IMG/VR virus record: IMGVR_UViG_2778261087_000010 | Length of the DNA stretch: 10,082 nucleotides | DNA from: a virus | Taxonomy: Duplodnaviria > Heunggongvirae > Uroviricota > Caudoviricetes | Strand: one strand, 5' to 3' | Shown here: positions 7,318 to 10,082 of the stretch, in pieces | How positions within the stretch are numbered: the stretch's first letter is position 1 | Layout: each line of letters opens with the position of its first letter | Position numbers and translations under genes: made by a program | The notes under the pieces: model-generated | The model's input: the letters and a program-made list of their open reading frames with translations, nothing else | Database searches by the model: none | What the model was told of the DNA's origin: nothing

Positions 7318-7605
7318 TTAATCTGCTTTCTGAATTCCAGCTTCTGAATCCATACAAATAATTTCGATATATGGTTCATCGCCATTAACCTGACGTGCCT
7401 TTTCAGCTTCGCTAATGATTTCTCGTACGGTCTGGTACGGAAGTTCCACAAGCAGTCGCGTGCCGTTCAGATAAACGTAAGTGGCTTCGTCGGCTCCGTT
7501 TTTACCCGCCGGAGTCACTCCGTCAATAGCGGATGCACGTAATAACAGTTCACCGCGAAAATCAATAAAACGGATAAATACACCTTGTGCATGGTCTTTG
7601 GTCAT
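7318..7605 (-). CDS. Hypothetical protein (95 aa)
   Basis: Internal ATG 7603-7605 (MTKDHAQGVFIRF...) preceded by AGGTG at 5-nt spacing; the track start at 7719 would overlap the upstream gene by ~100 nt. Confidence 0.5.
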   Translation of the reverse strand: MTKDHAQGVFIRFIDFRGELLLRASAIDGVTPAGKNGADEATYVYLNGTRLLVELPYQTVREIISEAEKARQVNGDEPYIEIICMDSEAGIQKAD

Positions 7606-7615
7606 AAAGCACCTG

Positions 7616-7954
7616 TTATAAATCAGCCTGTTTAATAAAACTTTGCCCGCGAAGCAGACGATCAACCGTGCGAAGTGCTTCGTATAATGTGAAATCCTGC
7701 CCGAACTGATTGTCGCCACAGCTCAATGCAAAAATGCGGTTTCCGGTAAACGGATTGCGTGGGCATTTGTGGATCACGATTCCAGCTTTCTCAATCAGCC
7801 AGGCGTGCTCGCCGATTTGTTTTACTGGGTAGCCATCCGGCGTTGCGTGTGTATCACTCAGGCTGTAGCGGATGTTGCTGCGTGATGCACTGGTAGTGAA
7901 ACGGTTAGCGTGGCGTTCTGTTCCGGTACGAAAATTACGGCGTTGCTTCAGCAT
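7616..7954 (-). CDS. Hypothetical protein (112 aa)
   Basis: ATG 7952-7954, GAGGTG upstream, 14-bp gap after the Cox-like gene stop; second gene of the leftward operon. Confidence 0.55.
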   Translation of the reverse strand: MLKQRRNFRTGTERHANRFTTSASRSNIRYSLSDTHATPDGYPVKQIGEHAWLIEKAGIVIHKCPRNPFTGNRIFALSCGDNQFGQDFTLYEALRTVDRLLRGQSFIKQADL

Positions 7955-7968
7955 AAAATGACACCTCG

Positions 7969-8247
7969 TTATTTTGTCATCTGCACGTATTTTTCTGCGC
8001 TCCTGATTGTTTTCAGGAAAAGAGCGAAGAGATTTACTGTGCGTCTTGAGTTCTTTTCATCCTGGTTGATGGGAATTGAACCTCTGTCAGCCTGTCTTTT
8101 CACTGTGTTAACAGCTTGGTTGGTACGTTTTGCGTAATCTTTCAGGCTTTCTTCAAGTACTGGTAACCCATGCTCATCGCGGTAGGGATAGAACGCTGCT
8201 AACCGCTCAAAGTCTGCCTGTTCGTGTGTGTTCAGGACTTTTGCCAT
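7969..8247 (-). CDS. Cox/Apl/excisionase-like small DNA-binding protein (92 aa), first gene of the leftward early operon
   Basis: Divergent from the repressor-like gene across the operator region, as cox/apl are in P2/186. Segment YAKRTNQAVNTVKRQADRGSIPI...RRTVNLFA resembles Xis/AlpA-type winged helices. Called on position and motif only. Confidence 0.5.
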   Translation of the reverse strand: MAKVLNTHEQADFERLAAFYPYRDEHGLPVLEESLKDYAKRTNQAVNTVKRQADRGSIPINQDEKNSRRTVNLFALFLKTIRSAEKYVQMTK

Positions 8248-8285
8248 GTGTGATAACCTGCGCTATCTGTGGTTGTTTGTGACTT

Positions 8286-8339
8286 GGTGTACTTATAAGT
8301 ACACCTTGTGCGCAAGCTTAGTGTACTTATAGGAACACT
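8286..8339. promoter_or_regulatory. Genetic-switch operator region: perfect 20-bp palindrome plus a degenerate second copy
   Basis: GGTGTACTTATAAGTACACC at 8286-8305; GTGTACTTATAGGAACAC within 8320-8339 shares the left half-site and overlaps the RBS of the repressor-like gene. Centres are about 34 bp apart, between the divergent starts at 8247 and 8344. Confidence 0.6.
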
Positions 8340-8343
8340 GTCA

Positions 8344-8652
8344 ATGCTTATCGGTGAAAAAATTAGAGTGATTCGTGAATCAGAGGATTTAACGCGCGAA
8401 GAATTTTGCGGCCTGATTGATGTGCCTATCGGCACTTTGCGTCGTTATGAAACGGGGCGGATTGAAAACATAGGGGGCGAAGTGCTTATCAAGATTGTTA
8501 ATCACCCTCGCTTTTTTAAGTACATGAATTGGCTTATGACGGGAAAAACAAATGAGGCTGCTGGGCAGATCAGTCCGTCTCTCTCCCCTGATGGGCCAAA
8601 AAGCACATCGCCTTCTCAAAAACCCCGCAAGACTGGCACACAGCCCGGCTAA
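8344..8652 (+). CDS. HTH (XRE-type) immunity repressor-like protein (102 aa), P2 C / 186 cI position
   Basis: ATG 8344-8346 with AGGAA 8 nt upstream. N-terminal helix-turn-helix signature EKIRVIRESEDLTREEFCGLIDVPIGTLRRYETG. Immediately upstream of and co-oriented with the integrase. The track GTG start at 8308 lies inside the operators and is rejected. Confidence 0.75.
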   Translation: MLIGEKIRVIRESEDLTREEFCGLIDVPIGTLRRYETGRIENIGGEVLIKIVNHPRFFKYMNWLMTGKTNEAAGQISPSLSPDGPKSTSPSQKPRKTGTQPG

Positions 8653-8701
8653 TCATGGAGCGCTGGGGGCATGGTGGTCTTGTAACGCTGGGGTTTCACG
8701 A

Positions 8702-9676
8702 ATGAGCATAAAATCAATTCCGGGAGGGTATCTTCTTGACATGCGCCCTGAGGGGCGTAAAGGCAAACGCATTCGCAAAAAATTTAAAACGAAATCGGAT
8801 GCAGTTTTATATGAGCGGTGGGTGCTGGCGCAACAGCATAACAATGAGTGGAAAGGAGACTCTATTGATCGCCGTCCTCTGTCAGTGCTTATTGACTTGT
8901 GGTGGAAATACCACGGCCAGCTAATGAAGTCAGGGCATAACACGCGCCTTAAATTGCTGCGCTTGAGTGAGGCAATGGATGACCCGTGCGTGCATAAACT
9001 TAATACAACAATGCTCACCGAGCTACGTGTGTCCAGGATAGAGCAGGGGATACAGCCCAGCACCATAAATCGAGAGATTGGGGCGTTAAGCGCGATGTTT
9101 ACCGCACTCATCTCATCCGGCCATTTTCTTAACGATAACCCCGTTCAAGGCCTTAAAGGAATGAAGGTTAACGAGCGCGAAATGGGATATCTGAGTAAGT
9201 CTGAATGTGTTCAGTTGCTGGATGCACTGGCTGAAAATCCCGATGAACGGCTGGCTGTCGAAATCCTTCTGTCGACCGGGGCGCGATGGGGCGAGGTAGC
9301 GGCACTGGAGCAGCGCCGTGTTCTTCATTGTCGAATCACTTTTTCAAAAACGAAGAACAGCAAAAACCGTACCGTTCCTATTTCTGAAAGCCTGTTTGAA
9401 AAGATCAAAATACGGGGCGGGAAACTGGTGTTTCCGACGCTGGATTATCCATTGGTTCGCGATGTCATCAAAACGGTCGCACCTGATGTTCCTGACGGCC
9501 AGGCTGTTCATGCGCTGCGCCACACCTTCGCCAGTCATTTCATGATGAACGGCGGCAATATTCTGACGCTCCAGAAAATTCTGGGGCACGCAAAGATTCA
9601 GACAACGATGATTTATGCCCATCTTGCGCCGGATTACTTGCAGGATGCGGTGAGATTTAATCCTATTGCTGGGTAA
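8702..9676 (+). CDS. int: Tyrosine recombinase / phage integrase (324 aa)
   Basis: C-terminal catalytic signature HALRHTFASHFMMNGGNILTLQKILGHAKIQTTMIYAHL (R...H-x-x-R...Y) and core-binding-like N-terminus; size near P2 Int. Start at ATG 8702 (MSIKSIPGGYLLD); the longer track ORF from 8552 overlaps the repressor gene. Confidence 0.9.
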   Translation: MSIKSIPGGYLLDMRPEGRKGKRIRKKFKTKSDAVLYERWVLAQQHNNEWKGDSIDRRPLSVLIDLWWKYHGQLMKSGHNTRLKLLRLSEAMDDPCVHKLNTTMLTELRVSRIEQGIQPSTINREIGALSAMFTALISSGHFLNDNPVQGLKGMKVNEREMGYLSKSECVQLLDALAENPDERLAVEILLSTGARWGEVAALEQRRVLHCRITFSKTKNSKNRTVPISESLFEKIKIRGGKLVFPTLDYPLVRDVIKTVAPDVPDGQAVHALRHTFASHFMMNGGNILTLQKILGHAKIQTTMIYAHLAPDYLQDAVRFNPIAG

Positions 9677-9686
9677 GGAGGATGTT

Positions 9687-10082
9687 GTGGAAAAAACAGT
9701 TAATAGCGATTTGCATTTAGGTCAGTACTGGAGAATAGACATTGTATGCGATCCAGAACTTCGAGATGAGGTTGAGCAATATTTTTCTCTACACGATGTT
9801 GGTTTTAGCAAAATTGAAGTTTTTTCCGTCGAAAATCCATATAAACTTGCTCTATTCTTTGATTTCGCGAAGAAGGGTGTGGAGGTTGCAAAAGCCATTA
9901 TGGGACTCTTAGACCGAAATGATATTGAAATAACGATGTATCGTGCTACGGACAGTAGCCCGCAGTCTGTAAAAAGCATCAAATTGCGTAAGTCTGAAGA
10001 CGTAGAGAAATGTAAAGATTTGCTTAGTACGTGTGTTGCAATTGGCGTTCAACGAAATAAGGAAAAAGAGGGGAGTGAATGA
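9687..10082 (+). CDS. Hypothetical protein (131 aa), AT-rich gene coupled to the integrase 3' end
   Basis: Integrase stop TAA 9674-9676 is followed directly by GGAGGA (9677-9682) and an in-frame GTG at 9687. Sampled window ~32% GC. Stop TGA is at the last three bases of the window. The start could instead be the TTG at 9666. Confidence 0.5.
   Translation: MEKTVNSDLHLGQYWRIDIVCDPELRDEVEQYFSLHDVGFSKIEVFSVENPYKLALFFDFAKKGVEVAKAIMGLLDRNDIEITMYRATDSSPQSVKSIKLRKSEDVEKCKDLLSTCVAIGVQRNKEKEGSE

Noticed and set aside
7318-7719. 133-aa ORF start at 7719
   Set aside because: It overlaps the upstream 112-aa gene by about 100 nt; the internal ATG at 7605 has a well-spaced AGGTG.
8248-8343. LexA (SOS) box in the switch region
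   Set aside because: No CTGT-N8-ACAG pattern was found there or at the other intergenic gaps, so SOS control of this switch is not supported by sequence.
8308-8652. GTG start at 8308 for the repressor-like gene
   Set aside because: That start lies within the operator repeats and has no SD; the ATG at 8344 with an AGGAA RBS is preferred.
8552-9676. 374-aa integrase ORF starting at 8552
   Set aside because: It overlaps the 3' end of the repressor-like gene by about 100 nt; the ATG at 8702 gives a 324-aa protein of typical integrase size.
1-10082. CRISPR array, rRNA or IS element
   Set aside because: No regularly spaced direct repeats with unique spacers, no rRNA-like conserved blocks, and no transposase-like ORF or terminal inverted repeats were seen.

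Overview
The window reads as the immunity / early / replication arm of a P2/186-like (peduovirus-type) temperate element, with no capsid or tail genes present. At the right end, a small HTH repressor-like gene (8344-8652, +) is followed on the same strand by a tyrosine integrase (8702-9676, +), then an AT-rich unknown gene (9687-10082, +) that is tightly coupled to the integrase stop. A 96-bp switch region (8248-8343) carries a perfect 20-bp palindrome and a degenerate second copy. From it, a long minus-strand gene train runs leftward: a Cox/excisionase-like gene, a string of small unknown ORFs (including an AT-rich block with a 37-aa single-helix membrane micro-ORF), a 320-bp structured non-coding gap with an intrinsic terminator, and a 946-aa rolling-circle initiator of the phage P2 gene A family. 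Immediately downstream of that sits a complete plasmid-type parM-parR partition cassette with candidate centromere repeats, then one more unknown ORF. The most unusual points are the partition cassette in the cargo slot after the replicase, the AT-rich block in the early operon, and the AT-rich gene after the integrase. All functional calls rest on motif recognition and remembered similarity from reading the translations; no database search was run.
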